NCBI GenBank assembly: GCA_029060625.1
Contig: JAIDTO010000261.1
Location: forward strand, 1 to 60,885
DNA: 60,885 bases
Source: Muribaculaceae bacterium
Lineage (GTDB): Bacteria > Bacteroidota > Bacteroidia > Bacteroidales > Muribaculaceae
Direction: 5' to 3'
The stretch's first letter is position 1. Each line of letters opens with the position of its first letter. The notes below the pieces were generated by a model. It was given only the letters and a program-made list of their open reading frames with translations, made no database searches and was not told the origin of the DNA. Made by a program: the position numbers and the translations under genes. Below, piece after piece: positions 9,348 through 18,950 of this stretch.

Positions 9348-10589
9348 ATGGACGACAGGATTTTGCTGAGGATGTGCCGTATGTCGGGCCATGAGATGCC
9401 TTTCATCACAGAGGCTTTCGAAGGAGAGTGGGTGGTTCCGTTGGGACCTAATGTGACGGGTTTTGAAAAAGACCTTGAGAAATTTTTAGGAGAAAATCTT
9501 CCCGTCGTGGCTCTCTCTTCAGGAACTGCTGCCCTGCATCTTGGGCTTATTGGACTCGGAGTCGGCGAGGGCGATGAGGTAATAGTGCAGTCTATGACTT
9601 TCAGTGCCTCTGTCAATCCTGTGCGTTATGTAGGAGCTACACCCGTTATGGTGGATTCTGAGGCAGATACTTGGAACATAGACCCCGAACTTCTTGACTA
9701 CGCTATCGCTGACAGAATAGAAAAGACCGGTAAAAAACCAAAGGCCATTGTTGTGGTATGCCTCTACGGTATGCCTGCAAAGTATGAGGAAATTCTGAAA
9801 GTGGCAGGAAAATGGGATATCCCGGTGCTCGAAGATGCTGCGGAGGCTTTTGGATCAGAATACGAAGGACGGAAATGTGGCACTTTCTGCAAATATGGCG
9901 TGCTTTCCTTCAATGGTAACAAGATGATCACCACTTCCGGTGGTGGTGCACTCGTTTGCCCGGATATGGAAGCTGCTAAAAAGACCATGTACTACGCCAC
10001 GCAGGCACGTCTTGGATATGCCTACTATCAGCATGTCGATGTAGGCTATAACTATAGGATTAGCAATATATCAGCCGGAATTGGCCGGGGCCAGATGTAT
10101 GTGGCCGATGAATATATAGCGCATCACCGTCATCGCCAGGAATACTACCTGAAGCATCTTGGATGCGTGGAAGGAATTACGATACACTGCAATCCTGATA
10201 ATAGATTTAACAGTAATTTCTGGCTTTCAACTGCACTGATTGACGATTCCATCAGGATAAAAGGGGAAGAAGAGGCTTATGCGTCAGCAATTACTTCAAT
10301 AGTGGGAGGTGCCGGTGCTGTCACAGAGCAGAGCTCGGATGTGCATACCGATTGTGAACCTAACACCAATGTGGAGGCACTTCGTCTTGGCTTGGCTAAA
10401 CTTGGGATTGAGACACGTCCTCTTTGGAAACCGATGCATCGTCAGCCTGTCTTTTCCAAATTTCCCGCATACACCAACGGCGTGGCGGAAGACTTGTTTC
10501 ATAGGGGTATATGCCTCCCTTCAGGTCCTTATGTGACTGACAGGGATGCAGACAGAGTGATCAATTCAATAAAGTCACTTATACTCTGA
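9348..10589 (+). CDS. DegT/DnrJ/EryC1/StrS-family PLP-dependent sugar aminotransferase
   Basis: SSGTAALHL, EDAAEA.GS, SFNGNKMITTSGGG, GYNYR, RPLWKPMH, GICLPSG. Confidence 0.92.
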   Translation: MDDRILLRMCRMSGHEMPFITEAFEGEWVVPLGPNVTGFEKDLEKFLGENLPVVALSSGTAALHLGLIGLGVGEGDEVIVQSMTFSASVNPVRYVGATPVMVDSEADTWNIDPELLDYAIADRIEKTGKKPKAIVVVCLYGMPAKYEEILKVAGKWDIPVLEDAAEAFGSEYEGRKCGTFCKYGVLSFNGNKMITTSGGGALVCPDMEAAKKTMYYATQARLGYAYYQHVDVGYNYRISNISAGIGRGQMYVADEYIAHHRHRQEYYLKHLGCVEGITIHCNPDNRFNSNFWLSTALIDDSIRIKGEEEAYASAITSIVGGAGAVTEQSSDVHTDCEPNTNVEALRLGLAKLGIETRPLWKPMHRQPVFSKFPAYTNGVAEDLFHRGICLPSGPYVTDRDADRVINSIKSLIL

Positions 10590-11317
10590 TGTGCAGCTCT
10601 GCTTTTGACCGTACAGCTCTCTTATTGGGAGATGAGGCCATGGAACGTATCTCCAATGCCAAAACCATAGTCTTTGGCATGGGGGGAGTAGGAAGTTGGG
10701 TGGCCGAATGCCTGGTGCGTACGGGAATGAGGCATATCACTTTGGTAGACTCCGACTGTGTGGCTGCATCCAATATCAACAGGCAAATGCCGGCAACTGT
10801 AGCGACTGTAGGCGAGGTGAAGACTGAGGCAGCCAAGAGGAGACTCCTTGAAATTAATCCTGAAGCTGAGGTGAAGACCCTGACTCTTTTTTATGATGCG
10901 GAAACTGCTCAAGAGATCAATCTGGCAGAATATGATTACATCGTAGATGCCATTGACTCCCTTAAGGATAAAGCTCTACTTATACTGAATGCTACGGCAA
11001 GTGGCAAGAAGCTTTTCAGCAGCATGGGGGCGGCTTTGAAGATTGATCCTGCAAAAGTAAAAGTGGGGGAGTTCTGGACTGTGAATGGATGTCCGCTTGC
11101 AAGGGCTTTGCGACAGAAATTCAAGAAAGAAAAGCGGTTCCCTTCCAAGAAATTTCTCTGCGTCTATTCGAATGAACTTCTTGAAAATAAAGGTGTGACT
11201 TCAGAAACATGCGACTATAAGGCCCGTATCAACGGGAGTCTTTGCCACATTACGGCAATTTTTGGAATGACAATTGCCGGGGAAATAATTAAAGATATTA
11301 CTAAGTGTCAGAAGTGA
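10589..11317 (+). CDS. tcdA: tRNA threonylcarbamoyladenosine dehydratase (ThiF/MoeB-like)
   Basis: G.GGVGSW.AE.L.RTG, D.D.V..SN.NRQ, DAIDS, SMGAA.K.DP, CPLA..LR. Confidence 0.85.
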   Translation: MCSSAFDRTALLLGDEAMERISNAKTIVFGMGGVGSWVAECLVRTGMRHITLVDSDCVAASNINRQMPATVATVGEVKTEAAKRRLLEINPEAEVKTLTLFYDAETAQEINLAEYDYIVDAIDSLKDKALLILNATASGKKLFSSMGAALKIDPAKVKVGEFWTVNGCPLARALRQKFKKEKRFPSKKFLCVYSNELLENKGVTSETCDYKARINGSLCHITAIFGMTIAGEIIKDITKCQK

Positions 11318-12855
11318 ATAAAATATTGAAGATTGTGCTGGCATGCATAATGGCTTTTGTAGCAGGGGACTCTGTCTCTCTTGCTGATAGGCCGTTATAT
11401 TACCATGCATCATTGACCGCACAGGCATCTTCAAAATCACTTGCTCCCTATATGCTCGGCTCATGGAATGAAGGCCGCTATGTAGAGGGCTCAGGCATAT
11501 GGCAGGAAGCAGGGATCGTGACACCTCTTGATATGTCAAAGCGTTTAAGCTGGAGTGCAGGCTTTGGCTATTTGGCCGGTGCAGGATCCAAGACTGAATA
11601 TGATCGTTGGAATGATGAGTCAGAGTCTTGGAGTAAACACGGCGTAAGAAGATCCGGGTTTAGGCTGACCCAACTTTTCGGTGAATTGAAATATAGGTCG
11701 GTATTCTTTACAGTAGGAATGAAGAATTCTAAATCGCTTATTGTAGATGGTTCCCTTTCAAGTGGGGACTTTACGCGGAGCAACAATGCTTCTCCGATTC
11801 CTGGCGTGGCGATAGGTTTTCTTGATTTTGAGGATATACCGTTTACAAAAGGTTGGCTCCAGATCAATGGTGAAATCATGTATGGGAAATTTACCGACAG
11901 TGGCTTTAAGAAGAAAGAATTTAATTATTTTGCTGGAGTAGAAGGGCAAAATCTTTGGTATAATTACAAAAGATGTTACTTTAGAACTAATCCTGACAAG
12001 AATTTTCACGTGACTTTAGGTATGCAGGCATCAGGTGTCTTTGCCGGCGTCTCTTATTTTTATAGGGAAGGAAAACTTGAATGGATTAAAGATAGAGGTT
12101 TTAAATTGGAGGATTTCTTTCAGATGCTGTTTCCGAGAGAGGGTGGAGAAGATTATTATACGGGAAATCATGTCGGGTCATGGGATCTAAAAGCGGTATA
12201 TCGGTTTCGTGATAATTCTCGTCTTAATTTTTATTTCGAATGGCCATGGGAAGATGGTTCCGGGATAGGAAAGCAGAATGGATGGGATGGCTTATGGGGC
12301 ATACAATATAATTTCCCAAAAGATGGGATTGTAAGCAAAGTCGTATTTGAGTATCTTGATTTTACTAATCAAGCAGGCCCAATGCATTATAATCCGGAAG
12401 AGAAACCCGATAGTCCATTGATTGGAGTGGCTCAAGGGGCTGACAATTATTACAATAATGATTATTATGGTGCATTTGCCAATTATGGGATGAGTATAGG
12501 CACTCCATTTCTTGTTTCCCCTATCTATAATCGTAATGGTGCCCTTAATTATTTGCATACACGAGCCCGTGGTTTCCATTTTGCCATTGAAGGAAGTCTA
12601 ATTCCCAGATTGAATTATCGTCTGAAGGTTGGGCATGAGAAAGCCGGAGGATATGGAATGTTTCCGGTATTCAAACGTACCAGTTCTACCTCTGGCATGA
12701 TAGAAGCCAAATATAGGCCTACTTTGAAGATCCCGGGCTTGGAAGTAGGATTGAAGATGGCATTCGATAAGGGCGCACTCAGAGGTGACAACTTTGGAGC
12801 TCAAGTCCAGTTAACATACAGTGGAGTATTTAACTTAAAAAAATCTACCAGATGA
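11314..12855 (+). CDS. wzi: Capsule assembly Wzi-family outer-membrane protein
   Basis: Signal peptide; SSGDF..SNN..PIPG, GNHVGSWD, DNYYNN..Y..YG..IG.PF..SP. The start is either GTG 11314 (overlapping the tcdA stop) or 11305. Confidence 0.75.
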   Translation: MNKILKIVLACIMAFVAGDSVSLADRPLYYHASLTAQASSKSLAPYMLGSWNEGRYVEGSGIWQEAGIVTPLDMSKRLSWSAGFGYLAGAGSKTEYDRWNDESESWSKHGVRRSGFRLTQLFGELKYRSVFFTVGMKNSKSLIVDGSLSSGDFTRSNNASPIPGVAIGFLDFEDIPFTKGWLQINGEIMYGKFTDSGFKKKEFNYFAGVEGQNLWYNYKRCYFRTNPDKNFHVTLGMQASGVFAGVSYFYREGKLEWIKDRGFKLEDFFQMLFPREGGEDYYTGNHVGSWDLKAVYRFRDNSRLNFYFEWPWEDGSGIGKQNGWDGLWGIQYNFPKDGIVSKVVFEYLDFTNQAGPMHYNPEEKPDSPLIGVAQGADNYYNNDYYGAFANYGMSIGTPFLVSPIYNRNGALNYLHTRARGFHFAIEGSLIPRLNYRLKVGHEKAGGYGMFPVFKRTSSTSGMIEAKYRPTLKIPGLEVGLKMAFDKGALRGDNFGAQVQLTYSGVFNLKKSTR

Positions 12856-13307
12856 AAAAGTGTCTTCGCTTCATATTCATGTTGATGTCGATATGGATTT
12901 TGAATGGTTGTACTCAAAACAATGGGTATATAGGGCCTATTTTCGGATCTTGGTCGCTTATCTCAATATCGGAAGATGGCATTCCTCTTAAGCTTGAGGA
13001 CGAGACTACCTTTAGTTTTCAAAATAAGATAGTGCAAGTGATGAAATATCGGGAGCCTCCATATACAGGCACAGGCACTACTAAATATGGCAATTTCACG
13101 ATATCGGATGATGTGCTGACTATGCAGTTTCAATTGAAATTGCCTGATATAGACAACTATGTGTATATGACACCTGACTGGCTTTATTTCCCGATGGATG
13201 GAAAACCTATTCATTTTGATATCAAGAAACTAAATGGCTCAAAGATGATATTGACTCTTGCTACAGATAAAGGTGAATTGGAATATCGCTTCGACAAGAC
13301 TTGGTAA
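12852..13307 (+). CDS. Lipocalin-like domain lipoprotein
   Basis: Lipobox LNGC; NNG.IG...G.W.L, ends F.K.W; lies directly after wzi. Confidence 0.65.
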   Translation: MKKCLRFIFMLMSIWILNGCTQNNGYIGPIFGSWSLISISEDGIPLKLEDETTFSFQNKIVQVMKYREPPYTGTGTTKYGNFTISDDVLTMQFQLKLPDIDNYVYMTPDWLYFPMDGKPIHFDIKKLNGSKMILTLATDKGELEYRFDKTW

Positions 13308-13309
13308 AT

Positions 13310-13346
13310 AAAAAGTCCGGCTTCCTTTCGGAAGTCGGACTTTATT
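13310..13346. terminator. Bidirectional intrinsic terminator between the lipocalin gene and fba
   Basis: AAAGTCCGGCTTCC-tttc-GGAAGTCGGACTTT with A/T flanks. Confidence 0.85.
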
Positions 13347-13362
13347 GTCGTCGTAAACTTGA

Positions 13363-14364
13363 TTATTCTGCTTTTCCGTCAGAGCCAAGCACATTGAGGA
13401 TCTTGTGCTTGTAGAGTTTCTCCATTTCATCGCGAGCCGGGCCGAGATATTTGCGCGGGTCGAATTCGCCCGGCTTCTCAGCGAGGACCTTGCGAACAGC
13501 TGCTGTCATTGCAAGACGGCTGTCGGAGTCGATGTTGATCTTGCAAACGTCCATCTTAGCTGCTTTGCGGAGTTCTTCTTCGGGGATACCGATTGCATCA
13601 GGAAGCTTACCACCATATTCGTTGATGATGTCAACGTATTCCTGGGGAACTGAGCTTGAGCCATGAAGAACGATTGGGAAGTCAGGAAGTTTTTTCTCAA
13701 CAGCCTCAAGCACGTTGAAAGCCAATGGAGGGGGCACGAGGCGTCCTGTCTTTGGGTCGCGGGTGCACTGCTCGGGAGTGAACTTGTAAGCACCGTGAGA
13801 TGTGCCGATTGAGATAGCGAGGCTGTCGCACTGAGTGCGAGCAACGAATTCGATCACTTCCTCAGGGTCGGTATAAGTGTGGTGGTCAGAGCTAACTTCA
13901 TCTTCAACACCTGCGAGCACACCAAGCTCGCCTTCTACAGTCACGTCAAACTGATGAGCGTAATCAACTACCTTCTTTGTGAGCTCGCAGTTATCTTCGA
14001 AGCTGAGGTGGCTGCCGTCGATCATTACAGAAGAGAATCCGTTGTCGATGCAGTCCTTGCAAGTCTCGAAAGTGTCACCATGGTCAAGGTGAAGTACGAT
14101 TTCAGGCTTTTCCCATCCAAGGCTCTTTGCATATTCTACTGCACCTTGAGCCATGTAGCGGAGAAGGGTGGGGTTAGCATAGTTGCGTGCTCCCTTTGAT
14201 ACCTGCAGGATGACGGGGCTCTTTGTCTCAGCAGCAGCCTTGATGATAGCCTGGAGCTGCTCCATGTTGTTGAAGTTGAAGGCAGGGATTGCATAGCCTC
14301 CGTGTACGGCCTTTGCAAACATCTCGCGTGTGTTGACAAGACCAAGTTTCTTATAATCTACCAT
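13363..14364 (-). CDS. fba: Fructose-bisphosphate aldolase class II
   Basis: AFNFNNMEQ, LHLDHG, SVMIDGS, VEGELG, GTSHG, VLHGSS, KINIDSD, FDPRKYL; ATG at 14364 (MVDYKKLG) preferred over the GTG at 14415. Confidence 0.95.
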   Translation of the reverse strand: MVDYKKLGLVNTREMFAKAVHGGYAIPAFNFNNMEQLQAIIKAAAETKSPVILQVSKGARNYANPTLLRYMAQGAVEYAKSLGWEKPEIVLHLDHGDTFETCKDCIDNGFSSVMIDGSHLSFEDNCELTKKVVDYAHQFDVTVEGELGVLAGVEDEVSSDHHTYTDPEEVIEFVARTQCDSLAISIGTSHGAYKFTPEQCTRDPKTGRLVPPPLAFNVLEAVEKKLPDFPIVLHGSSSVPQEYVDIINEYGGKLPDAIGIPEEELRKAAKMDVCKINIDSDSRLAMTAAVRKVLAEKPGEFDPRKYLGPARDEMEKLYKHKILNVLGSDGKAE

Positions 14365-14437
14365 TTTACCTAAAACATTTTTCGCATCAGACTTGTCCAA
14401 TGGCGCGTCTGACACAAGGTTATCTAAAAATAGTATG

Positions 14438-14507
14438 CAAATTTAATTAATATTTTTGAATCTTGCACTATCCTTTTTGGAAAAATCGGCTTTTTTGGTT
14501 AAATTTG
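14438..14507. promoter_or_regulatory. Divergent promoters for fba and nnr
   Basis: Minus TAAATTTG (14445-14438); plus TTTG (14476-14479), 20 nt spacer, TAAATTTG (14500-14507). Confidence 0.65.
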
Positions 14508-14561
14508 TAGTCGGAATAGCGATTTTATGAAAATTGATAATTAATGGCCTGAAGAAAAAGT

Positions 14562-16094
14562 ATGAAAATTTTCAGTTCCAAAGATATAAAAGACCTTGAT
14601 GCAGCTACTTGTGAAGCTCAAGGTATCGATTCGCTCACGCTGATGGAGCGGGCTGCCAATGCGGTGGCTAAAGAGATACGCACGAGGTTTCTTCCAAACC
14701 GGAGGATTGTCGTGGTGGCAGGCCCCGGAAATAACGGCGGAGATGCTCTTGCAGTGTCAAGGATACTTGCAGAGCAGGGATATAGCAATATTGAGGTGTA
14801 CCTGTTCAATGTAAGAGGACAACTTTCAGAGGAGTGTGAGGCTCAAAAGCAAAAGCTTCTTGAGTCGGGAGCCAAAGTGCAGTTTAACGAGATCACAAGA
14901 TCTTTTATCCCTCCTCATCTGAGTGTGACTGACGTAATCGTAGATGGACTTTTTGGCGTAGGACTGCGAGAGCCCCTCACCGAAGGTTTTGCAGCTGTAG
15001 CCAATCTGATCAACGAGTCGGGAGCGTATGTAATCAGCATCGACATCCCTTCAGGTCTGGCAGCAGAATGGAATAGCAATTTCCTATTCCGCAATATGGT
15101 CCATGCCAATCTCACATTGACTTTCCAATTCCCTAAACTTTCGTTCTTTTTCAATGAGCATGCCCATATCATAGGCGACTTGATGGTGCTCGATATAGGC
15201 CTTGACAGAAAAGCTCTAAAGAGCATGCGCTCCGAGTGGCTTCTTATCGAAGGAAGGACAATCTATAAGCTTTTGCATCCAAGAAATCCTTTCAGTGCTA
15301 AGCGTGATTACGGGTCTGTGATGATATTTGCAGGAAGTATGGGAATGATGGGAGCTGCAGTGCTCTGTGCCCGGTCTACACTTAAGTGTGGGGCCGGTCT
15401 GGCTACTGTGCATGCTCCACGCACCGGAGTCACCATTCTTCAGACTGCCGTTCCTGAAGCCATGTTTGAGCCGGACCGCAACGAGAGGGTGATCAGTGAC
15501 ATGAGCCTTCATCACACTCATCAGGCAGTGGCTGTCGGACCGGGAATAGGGACGAATGAACTAACAGTAAATGCTCTTGAATCGCTGCTTAAGACGTGCA
15601 AATCACCTATGGTGCTTGATGCTGACGCTTTAAATTGCATCGTGAAGCGTCCGGCTTTGCTCTCTATGCTTCCTCCACGCACTATAATTACACCTCATAT
15701 AGGAGAGTTTGACCGTCTTTTCGGTGATCAACCATCTTCGGAGGCTCGACTGAAAAAGGCTATCGAAGTTGCTAAGCACTATGAGATAGTGATAGTGTTG
15801 AAAAGCCATTATACAATGATTGTGCGCCCAAGTGGCAACCAAATCGTATATTTCAATTCCACCGGAAATGCCGGCATGGCAACAGCAGGCGCAGGCGATG
15901 TGTTGACAGGTGTGATTGCCGGGTTCCTCGCTCAAGGAATACAGCCCGAGAATGCCGCAGCCCTTGGTGTATTTATACATGGACGAGCCGGAGACATTGC
16001 ATCAGAGGAAATTGGAGAATATGGGGTCATCGCTTCCGATATATCTGATCGCCTTGGCAGGGCAATCAAAGACGTCATCGACCGCAAGGTATGA
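14562..16094 (+). CDS. nnr: Bifunctional NAD(P)H-hydrate epimerase/dehydratase
   Basis: LMERAA, GPGNNGGD, DGLFG.G, IDIPSG; VGPGIG, VLDADAL, TPH.GEF, G.GDVLTG. Confidence 0.95.
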   Translation: MKIFSSKDIKDLDAATCEAQGIDSLTLMERAANAVAKEIRTRFLPNRRIVVVAGPGNNGGDALAVSRILAEQGYSNIEVYLFNVRGQLSEECEAQKQKLLESGAKVQFNEITRSFIPPHLSVTDVIVDGLFGVGLREPLTEGFAAVANLINESGAYVISIDIPSGLAAEWNSNFLFRNMVHANLTLTFQFPKLSFFFNEHAHIIGDLMVLDIGLDRKALKSMRSEWLLIEGRTIYKLLHPRNPFSAKRDYGSVMIFAGSMGMMGAAVLCARSTLKCGAGLATVHAPRTGVTILQTAVPEAMFEPDRNERVISDMSLHHTHQAVAVGPGIGTNELTVNALESLLKTCKSPMVLDADALNCIVKRPALLSMLPPRTIITPHIGEFDRLFGDQPSSEARLKKAIEVAKHYEIVIVLKSHYTMIVRPSGNQIVYFNSTGNAGMATAGAGDVLTGVIAGFLAQGIQPENAAALGVFIHGRAGDIASEEIGEYGVIASDISDRLGRAIKDVIDRKV

Positions 16095-16124
16095 CGATTA
16101 AACTTTTTAATTCTTATTCAATTT

Positions 16125-17207
16125 ATGAAAAAGTCATTATTCTTATTGGCAGGTCTGCTTGCTTGCTCTACAGCTATGTCACAATCCACCAAGGTGCTTA
16201 CTGCTGAGAAGAGCAATGATTATGGACTTGTGTATTCTCTTCCTACCACTGCTCTGGAAGTAGAAGTGACGGCTTCTCATCAGGTGGGAAAGAAAGGTCC
16301 TTATTATCTATATGCAAAAAAATCGATTGGCACTGACAAGGCAATAGCCGAAGATTTTGAGAAGTGGGAGATAACGGATGTCAAAGTGCGCCCCTATGGG
16401 GTGCCGGATTCCGGCACCCAATATCTGATGCAACTTCGTCCTGGGGCTTTGACATCCATCACTGTCGATCCTAATGGGATGCTTCTTGCAATTAATAAGG
16501 AAGTCGAGGTTAAGCCGGCCTCAAATTCAGGAGATAATGCATCGGGAGAGAACGTGAAGTGGCCTACCGGCAATGAATATCTTGATTTTGTCGATGAAGA
16601 TTTTGTGGCATCAAAAAGTTCTGCAAAACAGGCTCAACTTCTTGCTGAATCCCTTATGGAGGTGCGTGAGGCAAAGCTTGCCTTGACGCGGGGTACCGCA
16701 GAAGCTATGCCAGCCGATGGCAAACAGATGGAGCTCATGCTTGCATCGCTCGGCGAGCAGGAGGCGGCTCTTAACGCTGCCTTTACAGGAAGTGTCACTA
16801 CAGAGACTGTAAGACGTAAATTCAATTTCGTACCTGATGGTGACGGCAAGCAGATTCTATTCAGGATGTCAGACTTCGCGGGATTTGTAGGTGCAGAGGA
16901 TCTTTCCGGCGATCCCGTCTTTATTCAGATTGAGACTTTAAATGAGGCATCTATCCCCGTTGATGCCAAAGGGGAGCAAAAGAAACTTCCAAAGAATGCC
17001 GTAATCTATAATATACCAGGCAGTGCCCAAGTGACTATCTCTACTCTGGGAAAGAATCTTTTTGAAAAGGAGATTCAGATGTCGCAACTTGGCATGACTT
17101 TCGGCCTTGATCCGGCACTTTTCACCGATAAGAAGGAACCTTCTTTCGCTGTGTTTGATCCGGTCACCGGAGCTCTTCTTGAAATTGGATCAGCTGTCGG
17201 CCGTTGA
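16125..17207 (+). CDS. DUF4831-family exported protein
   Basis: Signal peptide; GLVYSLP.T...GPY..YA...G; directly follows nnr. Confidence 0.7.
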   Translation: MKKSLFLLAGLLACSTAMSQSTKVLTAEKSNDYGLVYSLPTTALEVEVTASHQVGKKGPYYLYAKKSIGTDKAIAEDFEKWEITDVKVRPYGVPDSGTQYLMQLRPGALTSITVDPNGMLLAINKEVEVKPASNSGDNASGENVKWPTGNEYLDFVDEDFVASKSSAKQAQLLAESLMEVREAKLALTRGTAEAMPADGKQMELMLASLGEQEAALNAAFTGSVTTETVRRKFNFVPDGDGKQILFRMSDFAGFVGAEDLSGDPVFIQIETLNEASIPVDAKGEQKKLPKNAVIYNIPGSAQVTISTLGKNLFEKEIQMSQLGMTFGLDPALFTDKKEPSFAVFDPVTGALLEIGSAVGR

Positions 17208-17262
17208 GAATATCTTTATTTCTGAAAAACTGATATAAAAATCTACAAAACCCAATAAAACA

Positions 17263-18903
17263 ATGGCAACAAAACCTTTCCATTATCAGGAGCCTTTCGA
17301 GCTTGGCCCCGACACTACGGAATATAAGCTCATCACAAAAGATTACGTAAAAACTGAGAACTGGAACGGCCACGAAATGCTTGTGGTAGATCCTGAAGCC
17401 CTCACCATTATCGCCAATGTGGCGTCTCATGACTGTTCTTTCATGCTTCGTCGTGAACATAATGAGATGGTGGCAAAGATTCTTCACGATCCTGAAGCCT
17501 CAGAGAATGACAAGTTTGTGGCTCTCACAATGCTGCGCAACGCTGAAATAGCAGCAAAGGGTGTCCTCCCGTTCTGCCAGGATACCGGCACATCAATCTG
17601 CGCAGCGTATAAAGGGCAGCAGGTATGGACCGGTTGCAATGATGAAGAAAAGATTTCTCTCGGTGTCTATAAGACTTATACCGAAAATAATCTTCGCTAC
17701 TCGCAGAATGCACCTCTCACGATGTATGATGAAGTCAATACAGGTTGCAATCTCCCCGCTCAGATTGATATCCACGCTACAGAGGGAGATGAATATAAGT
17801 TCCTGTTTGTAGCAAAGGGTGGTGGCTCTGCCAACAAGACTTATCTATATCAAGAGACCAAGGCTATCCTTAACAAGAAGACTCTTGTGCCATTCCTTAT
17901 CGAAAAGATGAAGACTCTGGGCACGGCAGCATGCCCTCCCTACCACATCGCTTTCGTGATAGGCGGAACGAGTGCTGAGAAAAACCTTGAGGTAGTGAAG
18001 AAAGCTTCTGTGAAATATTTCGACAATCTTCCCACTACCGGCAATGAATATGGCCGCGCCTTCCGCGACGTCGAGCTTGAGAAGGAACTTCTTGAAGCAG
18101 CACACAATATCGGTCTGGGTGCCCAGTTCGGTGGTAAATATTTTGCTCATGATATTCGTGTGATACGTCTGCCACGTCATGGTGCTTCATGCCCAGTAGG
18201 AATGGGTGTAAGCTGTTCTGCAGACCGAAATGTGAAGGCTAAGATCAACAAAGAAGGACTTTGGATTGAGAAGCTTGACGAAAATCCCGGTGAGCTTATT
18301 CCGGTAGAACTTCGTCAGGCCGGCGAAGGGGAGGTAATTGAAATAGATCTCAATCGCCCGATGGAAGAAGTTCTTGCTGATCTTAATAAGTATCCGGTTT
18401 CTACTCGTCTGTCGCTCAAAGGCACCATCATCGTGGGCAGAGATATAGCCCATGCAAAAATCAAAGAGCGTCTTGATGCCGGCGAGCCTATGCCCGACTA
18501 TCTGAAAGAGCACCCGATATATTATGCGGGTCCCGCCAAGAAACCGGAAGGAATGCCATCTGGTTCGTTCGGACCTACGACAGCCGGACGTATGGATCCA
18601 TATGTAGACCAATTCCAGGCTGCAGGAGGCTCCATGATCATGATTGCCAAGGGCAACCGCTCGCAGCAGGTGACAGATGCCTGCAAGAAACATGGCGGCT
18701 TCTATCTCGGCTCTATAGGTGGCCCGGCTGCTATCCTTGCCAAGGACTCCATCAAGAATGTAGAGCTTCTCGAATATCCTGAGCTTGGCATGGAGGCAAT
18801 CTGGAAGATCGATGTAGAGAACTTCCCTGCATTTATCCTCGTTGACAACAAGGGTAATGATTTCTTCAAGCAGATCAAGCCCCGTTGCCCGATGGGATGC
18901 TGA
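17263..18903 (+). CDS. fumA: Class I (Fe-S) fumarate hydratase
   Basis: [38 protein letters not shown]. Confidence 0.95.
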   Translation: MATKPFHYQEPFELGPDTTEYKLITKDYVKTENWNGHEMLVVDPEALTIIANVASHDCSFMLRREHNEMVAKILHDPEASENDKFVALTMLRNAEIAAKGVLPFCQDTGTSICAAYKGQQVWTGCNDEEKISLGVYKTYTENNLRYSQNAPLTMYDEVNTGCNLPAQIDIHATEGDEYKFLFVAKGGGSANKTYLYQETKAILNKKTLVPFLIEKMKTLGTAACPPYHIAFVIGGTSAEKNLEVVKKASVKYFDNLPTTGNEYGRAFRDVELEKELLEAAHNIGLGAQFGGKYFAHDIRVIRLPRHGASCPVGMGVSCSADRNVKAKINKEGLWIEKLDENPGELIPVELRQAGEGEVIEIDLNRPMEEVLADLNKYPVSTRLSLKGTIIVGRDIAHAKIKERLDAGEPMPDYLKEHPIYYAGPAKKPEGMPSGSFGPTTAGRMDPYVDQFQAAGGSMIMIAKGNRSQQVTDACKKHGGFYLGSIGGPAAILAKDSIKNVELLEYPELGMEAIWKIDVENFPAFILVDNKGNDFFKQIKPRCPMGC

Positions 18904-18907
18904 GCAC

Positions 18908-18942
18908 TAAGTCTTGAGTCTTAAGTCTTAAGACTTGAGATG
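18908..18942. repeat. 7-bp degenerate tandem repeat with palindromic centre
   Basis: TAAGTCT TGAGTCT TAAGTCT TAAGACT TGAGATG; AAGTCTTAAGACTT (18923-18936) is a perfect palindrome. Confidence 0.8.
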
Positions 18943-18950
18943 GCGGATAA

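Noticed and set aside
10255-10380. Insertion of about 40 aa in the sugar aminotransferase, and the extra loop in RfbB
   Set aside because: In frame, with no intein or repeat features; probably lineage-typical loops.
14365-14415. N-terminal extensions in the ORF track for fba, GT4 (to 32671), the acyltransferase (to 45718) and yidD (to 55462)
   Set aside because: They overlap neighbouring genes or leaders; downstream ATGs match the family N-termini.
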